Of a stretch of DNA of 64,000 bases, positions 11,145 through 21,400 are shown piece after piece; position 1 is the first letter of the stretch, and each line of letters starts with the position of its first letter. The translations under genes were made by a program, and so were the position numbers. The DNA lies in contig JANHCV010000006.1 in the NCBI GenBank assembly GCA_025594325.1, positions 372,001-436,000 of the forward strand, written 5' to 3'. Below the pieces are notes generated by a model, which saw only the letters and a list, made by a program, of their open reading frames with translations, did not search any database and was not told where the DNA came from. Source of the stretch: Blastocladiella emersonii ATCC 22665 (Eukaryota; Fungi; Blastocladiomycota).

Positions 11145-12637
11145 ATGGCGCGCACTAGCCTCGCCTCGATCCTCACCGTCCTGGCCCTCGCGGTCCTCGC
11201 GTCCACGACGCTCGTCGCGGCGCAGAGCCCGCTCGAGGAATGCGTCAAGACGTTCGATGCCAACAAGGACTGCTTCACGGCCAAGAGCACCAGTACGTTG
11301 TCTCGCCGTGCGGTCCACCGCGCTCTCGCGCTCACGTCGACTCGCGCGCGCGTGTAGACGAGGCGGCCAAGTACTTCAAGGTCGACTACAAGAACTACTA
11401 CAAGGTGGTCACGGTGAACAACACGTTTGCGCCCATCACCAACTACACGCTGGTGATCCGCGGCGCGCCCAAGACCAACCTCCCGACCAACGTGAACGGC
11501 ACGTTCGAGATCCCCGTGCGCAACGCGACCGTGTTCGACACGACGTCGGTGCCGTACCTCGAGCTGCTCGGCAAGCGCGGGCAGATCCAGTCGGCGGCGT
11601 CGCCTAGCTACGTGACGTCGGCGTGCTTCCAGAAGCTGATCTCGGCGGGGACCATCAAGACGGTCGACGACAAGAACGTGACCAACGCCAACACCACGCT
11701 GGCCACGGCCGACGTGATCTTCTCGGGCGTCGGCCAGACGCTCAACGTGTCGACGGGCAAGTGGGTCACGCAGGCCGCCTCGAGCGACCCGGGCGCCCTC
11801 AACCGCGTCGAGTGGCTCGAGTATTTCGCGCAGTGGTTCGGGCTCGAGGGCGATGCGCAGAAGATCACGACCGAGATCACGGCGCGGTACAACGCGGCCA
11901 AGGCGGCCGCCGCCCGCGCGAAACCCGCGTCCCCGCTCAAGGTCGCGTGGGTCTCGTACTCGGCGCCCGCGTCGTGGAACGGGAACCAGGCGTCGTGGTC
12001 GTTCTCGGCCGCCGCGTACAAGAAGGACCTTGTCACGGACGCCGGCGCCACGTTCGTCACGCCGGCCGTCTCGACGTACACGGACGTGGCCGAGTTCCGC
12101 AAGCAGCTCACCGACGTCGACGTGGCCATCTACGAGTCGTTCTCCAACGACACGCTCGCCACCTTCACGTCCGCGTTCGGCCTCAACTCCGACTTCAAGA
12201 TGGTCAAGAACGCCCAGGTCTACGGCCTCGACAAGCGCGTCAACGGGCTCGGGTTCATGGGTACGCTCGCTCCTCACCTCGCCCCCACTTTCGCAGAAAC
12301 GCTAACACATTTCGATCTCGTAGACTGGTTCGAGTCGGCCCTCGTCTTCCCAAACGTGGTCCTCGTGGACCTCATGACCATCGTGTCGCCGCGCGCCGTG
12401 CCCGCCGGCGTCACGCGCCGGTACCTACGCAAGCTCGACTCGGAGTCCCAGGGCGTCGTGGCCACGGGCGAGTGCTCGGGCGACGCCTCGGCCGCGCAGT
12501 CGGTCCAGGGCCCCGAGTCGGCCAGCTTCTCGTCGCTCCCCACGTCCGCGGCCACGCGCCGCGGCGGCGCCGAGTCGAGCGCGGTCACGGCGGCCGTCGC
12601 GGTCGTCGTCGGGATCGCGGTGAGCATGATCCTGTAA
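11145..12637 (+). CDS. CBA1: CBA1-like secreted, probably GPI-anchored substrate-binding-fold protein, paralog 2, 454 aa
   Basis: Exons 11145-11292, 11358-12260 and 12324-12637 (GTACGT..TAG; GTACGC..GCTAAC..TAG). Collinear and highly similar to paralog 1 (for example WLEYFAQWFGLEGDAQK is identical). Signal peptide and hydrophobic tail AVTAAVAVVVGIAVSMIL*. Confidence 0.75.
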
Positions 12638-12988
12638 GCTGGAAGGAAAGAGAGCGACCTGTTGAGAGACGCGAAAATACACTATACTAGCAGTTCAAAG
12701 GGTTGAAATTCGTGACTGGGAAAATCTCGGCCGCGCAGTAGGTCCAGCGCTCCGATTCGGACAGCTTCTCGTCCCTGCACACGTGCCGTGGCCGCGCCAA
12801 GTTGAGAGCAGCTCGCGGTCATGGTCACGCTCACGGTGACACTCGCGGCGAACATGTTCCTGCAAGGGAGGCGCAAGGAGCAAGGAGCGGCCTGTCGAGA
12901 CTCAGAACTACACAATTCTAGCAGTTTGAAAAAGTCGATATACTCACGTCTGATAAATCCGATAGATGGTCAGGTCACACCGAAGCTT

Positions 12989-14586
12989 CTAGCGCCGCTT
13001 GTCGATGTTGGGCAGCTTCCGCACCGGCGCGAGCCCAGTGTCGTACGAGTCATTGTCGTAAGTGACGATCTCGGTGAGCGTCGGCCAAACCTGTGCTGGG
13101 TCAGAGTCAATCGAGCCGCGGATGGTAAGCTTACGCAGCACTGGGAGCTTAGTGAGGTGCAGGAACCCGTAGACCGAGCTGTCTGCATCAAGCTCGCGTA
13201 GATTGGAAAGAGTGAGAGAGGCGCGCAACGGGTCTGTTGCAACGATTGAGTGCATGGCCAACGGTAAAGCGAGCCGCTCGAGCTTAGGGAGCTTGCGCGC
13301 CGCAAGGATAAGGGCGCTCAGATCACAGCTTAGCGTACTCGTACAGTCGGTCGAGTTGGGTTGGACAATGAACTCGCGAAGGTTGCGCTCCGTGGACCAC
13401 GGAGAGAGCAATCAAGCAGCGTGATTGAGAGCTCAAAGTAGCGCAGACTCGGCATATGTACGGTGAAGGGCGGCCCATCAGTTACAAGCAAGGGCGACGT
13501 GCAAGTCACCCTGAGTTCGTCGCCGGTTGCAAGCAGCGTGAGCCGCTCGAGGTGTGGATGCGTGAGGATCTCGCCAAAGTACCAAAAGTGGCCGTCGGTG
13601 CCGGACAAGGTCAAGGAGCGGACTCGGCGAAACCGCTCTGTCCCGCGGAATCCGAATTCGCGATTGTCAGGCGCATCTTCGTCCACAGGATCGCCGATGA
13701 GAGTGGCGAACCAAGCTTGCTGTAGCTGCTTAACTTCCTCGCTGGGCAGTCGCAGGGCATCAATGGCGGGTGTAAGCTTCTAGTCGAACTCGAGTGCCTC
13801 GTAATCGATGTCTCGCACGCCCAAAGGCAGAACGGCGCTGAGGGAGGAAGAAAAGTGCACAACGCGGCACGCGACCGCATTGGGGAACTTGCGCGAGAGC
13901 AGGGTTAAACATTCCGACGCGTCAACGGCGTTGGAGGCAAATACAAGCGTTCGGACAGCTTGAACATTGAGCCGTTTCAAAAACGGAACGTCATCAAGTC
14001 GATAGCGGCCAATGAATTGTGAGTGGTAGACCCCGCCTGAGAACGGGTTTAGCAGCGTTACACTCGTTACCAGGCTCAGCGGGACGGGGACCAAGACGAG
14101 CCCGTTGTGGATAAGGCATTGGATCTCTCCGAGTGCAGTCGCGTCGAGAAACCTCGACCAAAGCGAGTGTACCGAAAGCTGGACGCGCTCCGCCGTGTCA
14201 ACGGCACGGGCATACGATGCAAAGTACAAATTGCCGCCAGCAATAACAAACGGATACAGTTCGTCATAGCGGGAGTGGCTGCGGATCTGCGCGGGTTTGA
14301 AGGAATGGTAGGTGCGAGGTCGAAGACTGATGAATGGGACGGCAGCTCCGACTATGCCGCCGCACTCAGTCGGAAGCGAGCGGTCCGCTGTGATCGGCAA
14401 AATGAGCTCGCGGAAGAGGATCGGGCGGGTAACGATGTAGGCGGTGCTGCAGACCTGGCCGATGTAGAAAAGGTCCCAGCGCCAATAATCGTTCGGATCG
14501 CTGCAGCGGCGACCGCCGTCCAGGACGTGGTCAACGATGAGCTGCCACAACTCGAGAGGGAGGTCGGGGGCAGGCGACTGGATCAT
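12989..14586 (-). pseudogene. F-box/LRR-like family, disrupted paralog (copy A)
   Basis: N-terminal PDLPLELWQLIVDHVL is collinear with the intact copy at 24336-26198. In-frame TAG at 13780-13782; frameshift or deletion near 13420; C-terminal LERLALP/LRELDADSS/LRKLTIRG match the intact copy. Confidence 0.8.
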
Positions 14587-14836
14587 TTATTTCATTTGCT
14601 TCCATTTGTAGTGCAGGGAGTTTTCGTTGCTGGAAGGAGCGATTTCGCGAAGATGAATTTTGATCGGGCGCTGCACAATATCACGTCTCTCCCACTCTCA
14701 AAAAAGGGAGACTTCAGTCCGCCCGTCCTGTCTCGCACTTGAGTCACGCCTGCCTCCCGCGCGACCGCCGGTGTGGCGCAACGCGTCGCTCAGCCACTCA
14801 CGTGATGTTAAGCCGCACAATGGTGCCCAAGCTTGT

Positions 14837-14911
14837 TCAGCGTTCGGGCTGATGTCTCGTCAGGCGCAAAGCATTTGAAGCGGGACGAAGGTGGCAGTCG
14901 AACGAATCGGC
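14837..14911 (-). pseudogene. 3' remnant of F-box-like copy B, left of the copia insertion
   Basis: With the element removed, the frame reads ..GIDSVA-DSFDCHLRPASNALRLTRHQ.., matching ..EMDYDGGSFDDHLLPAVEALVLSKYQ.. in the intact copy. Confidence 0.75.
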
Positions 14912-15288
14912 GGTTCAAGTACACGTGAACGCGTTGCGCCACAGTCACCGGACGCGTGCGACCCCGCCTGCGTCACGCGCGTCACGCGCACCGCGCCGAT
15001 CTCCTTTGTCATCGCCGCGGACCGCCTCACCTCACCGAGCGACGCGTCGGCCCGCTCACATCGGGCGACGCGCCCCCGCATCCCCTCTCTCTCTTGTTCC
15101 TTTGACCAGTTGCTAGTATTAGCCACCACATACAGCCTGTTGTCCTCTCGTGAACCTCCTCACCGTCTCCTCTTGTGAACCTCTTCACCGTCCCCTCTTG
15201 TGAACCTCTTCACCGCCTCGATCTTCATCTCCGCCAAGATCGCACGTCCATCGTGCCGAGCTTCCTCCCAGTCGAGTACGCTTCAACT
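14912..15288 (+). repeat. 5' LTR (377 bp)
   Basis: GGTTCAAG...CTTCAACT; by eye identical to the 3' LTR except the first base. Contains a 25-bp repeat x~3 at 15151-15215. Confidence 0.95.
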
Positions 15289-15302
15289 GGTTATGAGCCC
15301 TG
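15289..15302 (+). promoter_or_regulatory. Primer-binding site, half-tRNA-iMet (copia/Ty5) type
   Basis: GGTTATGAGCCCTG abuts the LTR and is complementary to the anticodon stem-loop of initiator Met tRNA rather than to the 3' CCA end. Confidence 0.85.
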
Positions 15303-15617
15303 GAAGGCAGCGGCTCGATGTACGTACGATCTCGCTTCGCCCGCGCCGCGACCTCTCGATCCTCGCCGCCGCACTGCGCCCTCGTGCCTGCCGTCGCTCC
15401 CGTGGCACGCAGAATCGAGGCGCACGCGCACCCTTCGCTGTCGCTGCGTCGGCGGGTTGGGTGGACGCGTTCCTGCCCGCTCGCGCGCTCGTCGCGCCGT
15501 GGGAACGCGTACGCGGCCGACATGTGTCCACCTCTTGCTGCGAGTGTCGACAGACCCCCTGTCTGTCACCCAGCTCGCGCTCGCCACACCCTCATCCTAC
15601 CTGTGTGATTCTCCCAG

Positions 15618-16154
15618 CCGTAGTTCGTGCAGCAGCACGGACGCGTGGTCTCCACGCGCGATTCATCCCGCTCTGAATCCGCGGTCACGTCGGTGCCCGC
15701 TCCTGGACGGCGCCGTACGGTCCTACCGTAGTTCGCGCAGCAGCGCGGACGCGTGGTCCCCATGCGCGACTCATTCCGCTCTGAGTCCGCGGCCACGTCG
15801 GTGCCCGCTCCTGGGCGGCGCCGTACGGTCCTGCCGTAGTTCGCGCAGCAGCGCGGACGCGTGGTCTCCATGCGCGACTCGTTCCGCTCCAAGTCCGCGG
15901 CCACGTCGGTGCCCGCTTCCGAGCGGCGCCGTGCGGTCCTGCCGTAGTTCGTGCAGCAGCACGGACGCGTGGTCTCCATGCGCGACTCGTTCCGCTCCGA
16001 GTCCGCGGCCACGTCGGTGCCCGCTCCTGGGCGGCGCCGTGCGGTCCTGCCGTAGTTCGTGCAGCAGCGCTGACGCGTGGTCCCCATGCGCGACTCGTTC
16101 CGCTCCGAGTCCGCGGCCACGTCGGTGCCCGCTCCTGGGCGGCGCCGTGCGGAT
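15618..16154 (+). repeat. 108-bp tandem array x5 in the retrotransposon 5' leader
   Basis: CCGTAGTTCG.. recurs at 15618, 15726, 15834, 15942 and 16050. Confidence 0.93.
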
Positions 16155-16403
16155 CCGGGATGTGTGTGTGTGCCTGGTGTACTTTGGGTCGAAGGAAAAG
16201 GTGGTCGCGATGCGGGGGAGCGGGCGTCGTGCGTGCAGCGAGTCCCTCGGGTGGCGCAACGCGCTCCGGGCCGCCGCCGCCGCAGCTCGCTCACTCACTC
16301 AATCCCCGTCGCCCCCGCCGATCCGACTCCTAGTCTTCACTACCTGCAACACCATCCTCCTCTGCCACTGAGCCGCGTGTCCGCACGACCGGTGGTCTTC
16401 GCC

Positions 16404-18347
16404 ATGTACGGCTCCCGACAACGTAGGGACGCACGGCATGGCCCACTCACACTCTCTCCTATCCTCTCTCGCAGGATCACACATCGCATCCTCGTGCTCT
16501 TTGAGCAGCTCACGGGCATCGCCGACAACGAGTACCTGGCCATCTTCCGCCATGAAGATATTCTCGCTGCCGCCGCGCGCGAGACCAGTACCCCCGTCAA
16601 CCAGATCACCGAGGAGCAGTTCAACGAGGCCCGCACGACCGCTATCACGGACCTCATCGACGAGGTCTCCCGCGACTACGTCATCCTGCGCCACAACTCG
16701 ACCGTCTCCATCTCATCGCGCGACAACATCGAGACGGTGCTCGAGTTCCTCACGCCGCACTGGACCCCTGCCGCCGACACGACGACCGTCGACGCGTACC
16801 TCGCGCACGGCCTCGTCCCGTGCGGCGCCTCGCTCATCATGAACGTCAACCCGACGATCCCGTCGGCCATCGTCAAGCCCGAGCTGCTCATGGCCGTGAC
16901 CGTCTTCCTCGCTGCTCAGCAACCCGATGCCGGTGCTCCTCGCGCCGCACAGCCTGACGCACAGCAACTCACCGAGAAGATTTCCCGTCTCGAGTCCGTC
17001 GCCCAGACGACCGAGAAGACCATCGCCGACCTGCGCGACCAGCTCGCCTCGGCCAACACGTCCATCACCACGGCCAACACGGCCGCCGAGCAGGCCCGCC
17101 ACCGCGCGCAGACCTCGGCCGACGCACTCGCCGTCGCCGACGGTAAGCTCAAGGCGGCCGAGCTCGAGACCACCAACCTCAAGTCCAAGGTGGGTCACCT
17201 CGAGGAGACCATCGTCTCGACGGTCGCCCGCGCTGCCGCGGCGGCCGCCGCCTTCTCGTCTACCTCGCCGGCACCCGTCGTCACGACCGGCATCGATTGG
17301 CGCTACTCCCTGCCCACCGAGCAATCGGACGCCTTCGACTCGATTACGTGGCGCCTGACCAACGGCTGGATCGACTTCCCCGCCGACGAGATCAAGCACC
17401 GTCTACTCTGCAGAAAGCAACTCTGCATCATCAAGAAGGACCCGACCACGCTCAACACGGTCACCTTCGCCGGTAACAACGCCGGTATCATCCTTTTCTC
17501 GAACCTCGACACCATGATCCGCGACAAGCTGCTGTCGCTCATGGGCCACCACTCGTCGAGCGCCGCCTACACGCACTTCCCCCACGCGTGCGACGTGTGG
17601 GCGCACATGATGGACCAGTACCAGAACCTCGACGTACTCGTCGAGCGCCGCGACCGCGCCATGAAGAAGCTCAAGGACCTCCGCCCCGGCGCCTTCCCGT
17701 CCGCCGCGACGTTCGCCTCCGCGTTCCGCGCTGAGATCTCGCTCGTCGACGCGTGCATTCCCGGCACCCACCTGCGCATCGACGAGATCATCTCGCTGTT
17801 CCGAGCCAAGTTCGACGGCCAGAGCGAGACGGTCGCGTCGCACATCTCGCGCGCCTGCAGCAAGACGCCCACCATCGAGGCGCTGTGCGAGAAGCTGCAG
17901 GACGAGTTTGGCGACCACTCGTGGGTCCCGCGGACCTCGTCGGGCGCCGGTAAGCGCAAGCACCACGACGAGTCCAACACGCCGTCGGCATCCTTGTCGT
18001 CGTCCTCTTCCTCTTCATCATCGTCCTCCCGCACCGACCGCGGCTCCAACCACCACGACCACGTCCACGGCAACCCGAAACGCCCGCGCACCGGCGACGG
18101 CCTCCTGCGCAAGTGCAAGTGGTGCATCTACAAGGACAAGAAGAAGGTCACCGGCCACAACGAGATCCGCTGCCCGATCCGGCCGTGGGGTGAGTTCAGC
18201 CCGAACCACGACCCGCGCTACGAGGGCTACGAGTCGGGCCCACCGCCGCGCGGCTTCGAGCCGAGCCAGCGCCAGGGCGAGTGGCACGTGCACAAGTACG
18301 CGCCCGCCAACCGCACAACGTCGGGAAACGGCCGTGGGGAGCAGTAG
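16404..18347 (+). CDS. gag: Copia Gag-like protein (coiled coil, UBN2-like region, extended CCHC knuckle)
   Basis: Open frame from ATG 16404 to TAG 18347; knuckle CKWC-x10-H-x4-C. Possible in-frame 69-nt intron at 16406-16474. Confidence 0.8.
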   Translation: MYGSRQRRDARHGPLTLSPILSRRITHRILVLFEQLTGIADNEYLAIFRHEDILAAAARETSTPVNQITEEQFNEARTTAITDLIDEVSRDYVILRHNSTVSISSRDNIETVLEFLTPHWTPAADTTTVDAYLAHGLVPCGASLIMNVNPTIPSAIVKPELLMAVTVFLAAQQPDAGAPRAAQPDAQQLTEKISRLESVAQTTEKTIADLRDQLASANTSITTANTAAEQARHRAQTSADALAVADGKLKAAELETTNLKSKVGHLEETIVSTVARAAAAAAAFSSTSPAPVVTTGIDWRYSLPTEQSDAFDSITWRLTNGWIDFPADEIKHRLLCRKQLCIIKKDPTTLNTVTFAGNNAGIILFSNLDTMIRDKLLSLMGHHSSSAAYTHFPHACDVWAHMMDQYQNLDVLVERRDRAMKKLKDLRPGAFPSAATFASAFRAEISLVDACIPGTHLRIDEIISLFRAKFDGQSETVASHISRACSKTPTIEALCEKLQDEFGDHSWVPRTSSGAGKRKHHDESNTPSASLSSSSSSSSSSSRTDRGSNHHDHVHGNPKRPRTGDGLLRKCKWCIYKDKKKVTGHNEIRCPIRPWGEFSPNHDPRYEGYESGPPPRGFEPSQRQGEWHVHKYAPANRTTSGNGRGEQ

Positions 18348-18439
18348 ACGTCGCGCCCCGGCCCGTCCCTGCTCCCCTTCCGCCGCCCGCTCCAGATCCT
18401 CGGCACCCGTCGCCACCATCCTCGCGCGTCCACGACGCC

Positions 18440-21400
18440 ATGATCGTTGACGAGCCGCCCATCATCTCGCCCAACGGCAAGCCCACCACCAACTCGGACC
18501 ATCGAAAGTGTCCCACTGACACCCTGCCGGTCGCCTTCACCATCATCGCCTCGCGCCGCGAGAAGGTGAAGCACTACATCAAGCCCCAGTTCCTCAACAA
18601 GGAGCTCGCCAAGCAGGTCGCCCGCTGGCAGACCGCCTTCGTCGGCGACTCGGGCGCGTCGAATACCATGACCAACGTGTTCCGCCACCTGCGCAACGCG
18701 CGCAAGCTGCTCCGGCCCATCAAGATCCAGGCCGCCACGGGCAAGCACATCCTCGCGACCCCGTCTGGATCCTCATGGCCAACACCTTCTTCGTGCCCGA
18801 GCTCATCGTCCCGATCGTGTCGTTCAACGTGCTCGCGGCCAAGGGCAGCGGCTACAAGGTCGAGATGTTTGACGGCGGCGTGAGTATCTGCGCCCGCGAC
18901 CCCGCCGCGACCTCGTGGGACGGCGCCATCACGCACGAGATCAAGCTCGATAACTCGGGCAACGTGCCGCTGCTCAACACGACCATCATCACCGACAAGC
19001 GGGTCTCGCACCCCGCCGTCGCCATGACGGACCCGTCCGTGTTCCTCGACTTCCAGTCGTCGGACAACACCGCCGCCGAGACGCCCGCGCTCGGCCTGAA
19101 CTTCCTCGACATGCTCGACCACGCCATGTACGACGTGTACTCGGCCGGCCACGTCAACGAGCCTGACCACCACTTTGACGGCGACGTCGAGTCGTTTGGC
19201 TCCAACGAGCCCGTCTTGGCCACCGTGCTCGACTCCATACTCGGCGACGCCGCTCTTCTACCCGAGGACCCGCCTGCCGACGTCGGGGGAGCAGGTCCGC
19301 CGCTCACCGACGTCGGGGGAACCGGTCCGCCGCTCACCGACGTCGGGGGAGCCGGCCCGCCGCTCGCCACCACCGACGGGGGAACCAGCTCGCCGCCTGG
19401 AGCAGGGGGAGCTGGTTCACCATCCACGGCTGGGGGAGCCGACCCGCGCGAGCACAACTATCTCGATCGCCTACTACTCGCGTTCGCGAACCTGACCAAG
19501 ATGGGGGAAGCGACCTCGGACACGGCCACGGCGACCGGCACTGCTGCCGCCGCGTCGTCGGCGCCATCATCTTCTTCGGCACCACCACCATCGCCACCAT
19601 CCGGCACGGCCGCCGAGACCTCGCCCTCAACATCCGCCAGCCCTCGATCCTCGCCATCGAGATCCGAGGCCAAGTCGATCATCTCGGCCATTATCACGCA
19701 CCTGCGGTTCGGCCACGCAGGCCGCGAAGCGCTGCACCAGCTGTTCAACCCGCGGTACGGGCTCGTTGAGGAGCACCGCCGCCACCTCGCTGTGGTGGTA
19801 CGCCATCGATCACGCGAACTTTGTGTGGAATCGAACGCCGCGCGTCGCCCTCGACTGGAAGACGCCGTTCGAGATGCTGCACGACCGCGTCCCGAACCTC
19901 GCCAACGTCCGCGCGTGGGGCGTGACCGCGTACGCGCCCGTCATCCACGGCTCGCACATCGGCAAGCTCGAGCCGACGGCTCAGCCGTACATTTTCCTCG
20001 GCCACGGTGACGACGAGGCCAAGAAGCAGATCCTGCTCAACCTGTCCACGCGCAAGATCGCGCGCGTGCGTATCGCCATCTTCGACGAGCGCTCGCTCAT
20101 CAAGCGCGCCACGTCGAGCGTCGAGGCGTTTCGCCGCATGTTCAAGGACCTCGAGACGCACCACGTCACGGACGACAGTGCGCGCTACGATCCCCGCGAT
20201 CCCGACTACGAGGATCTCTCGTCGCGCACCGATTCGCCTGCCGTCAACGACTCGACCCCGTCGTCCTCGACCACCTCGCCGCGTCCCGCGACACCACCGG
20301 TTCCCGAACCGCGTGTACCCGCACCAGCACCGGCGGTCGACCAGGACGACGAGGAGAACGCTGACGAGTTCGACGGTCTCGTCTACAACCCCAACACGGG
20401 CAACTACGAGCTGCCGCGCAAGGCCGTCACCACGCGCGGCGGTCGCACGAGTGCGCGGGCGCAGGCCAACGTGGCAGTGTCCCAGGACGACGAGGACCCG
20501 CTACCCGACAATTACCCACTCGTGACGCTGTTCCGCACGCCGCGCGACTCGACCATCGCCAACCGCGACACGCGCAAGAACAGCGGGCATCACGCCATGT
20601 CCGCGCAGCAGCAGGAGTCCCCGGCTCCAACCTCATCTACGCCATCTCCGCGCGACGAGATCACCGCGGCCGCGAGTACAGCACCACCACACCACCTGCC
20701 GTGGGAGTTTGCTCGTGAGCCAACTCAGTCGGTGGTCCTCACCGTGATCGACGTGCCGCGTAACTTCCGCGACGCGTGCAGGTCGACCGACCGCGAGCGC
20801 TGGGCCAGCGCCCAGATCAAGGAGCTCACGTCGCTGTACAAGAACGGTACCTGGACCGTGATCAAGAAGGCCGACGTCCCCGCCGACGCCCGCATCATCG
20901 GCTCGCAGTGGGTCTACGCGTACAAGGCCGCCAAGGACATCTTCAAGGCGCGCCTCGTCGCCCGAGGAGATCAACAGCGCGCCGGGATCGACGTCGACAA
21001 CTGTTACTCGCCCACGGTCTCGTACGCGTCGATCCGCGCCTTCTTCGCCGTCGCCGCGTCGCGCGATTGGCGAATTCACTCCATGGATGTGTCGTCCGCG
21101 TACGTCCACGCTGTGCTCCCGAAACCCGTGTACATGCGGCCGCCACCCGGTGTCGGCGCCGCCGATGACGACGTGTACCGGCTCAACAAGTCGCTGTACG
21201 GCCTCAAGGACGCAGGCCGTCACTGGTACCTGCTCTTTTCGTCCGAGGTCGAGAAGCTCGGGTTCAAGCACACCTCGGCCGACCCGTGCGTGTTCACGCG
21301 CCTGCTCGACGGCCGCGTCACCAACCTCATCTGCTACGTCGACGACCTCCTGATCGGCGGCGACGATGAGGAGCAGGTCAAGGGTGTCAAGGCCGACCTC

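Noticed and set aside
10775-12277. 500-aa minus-strand ORF
   Set aside because: Antisense shadow of CBA1-like paralog 2.
15618-16154. Possible CRISPR-like array, or coding repeats (ORFs 15175..16371 and 15566..16294)
   Set aside because: Units are contiguous with no unique spacers, the context is eukaryotic, and the ORFs only reflect the 108-bp (36-codon) period.
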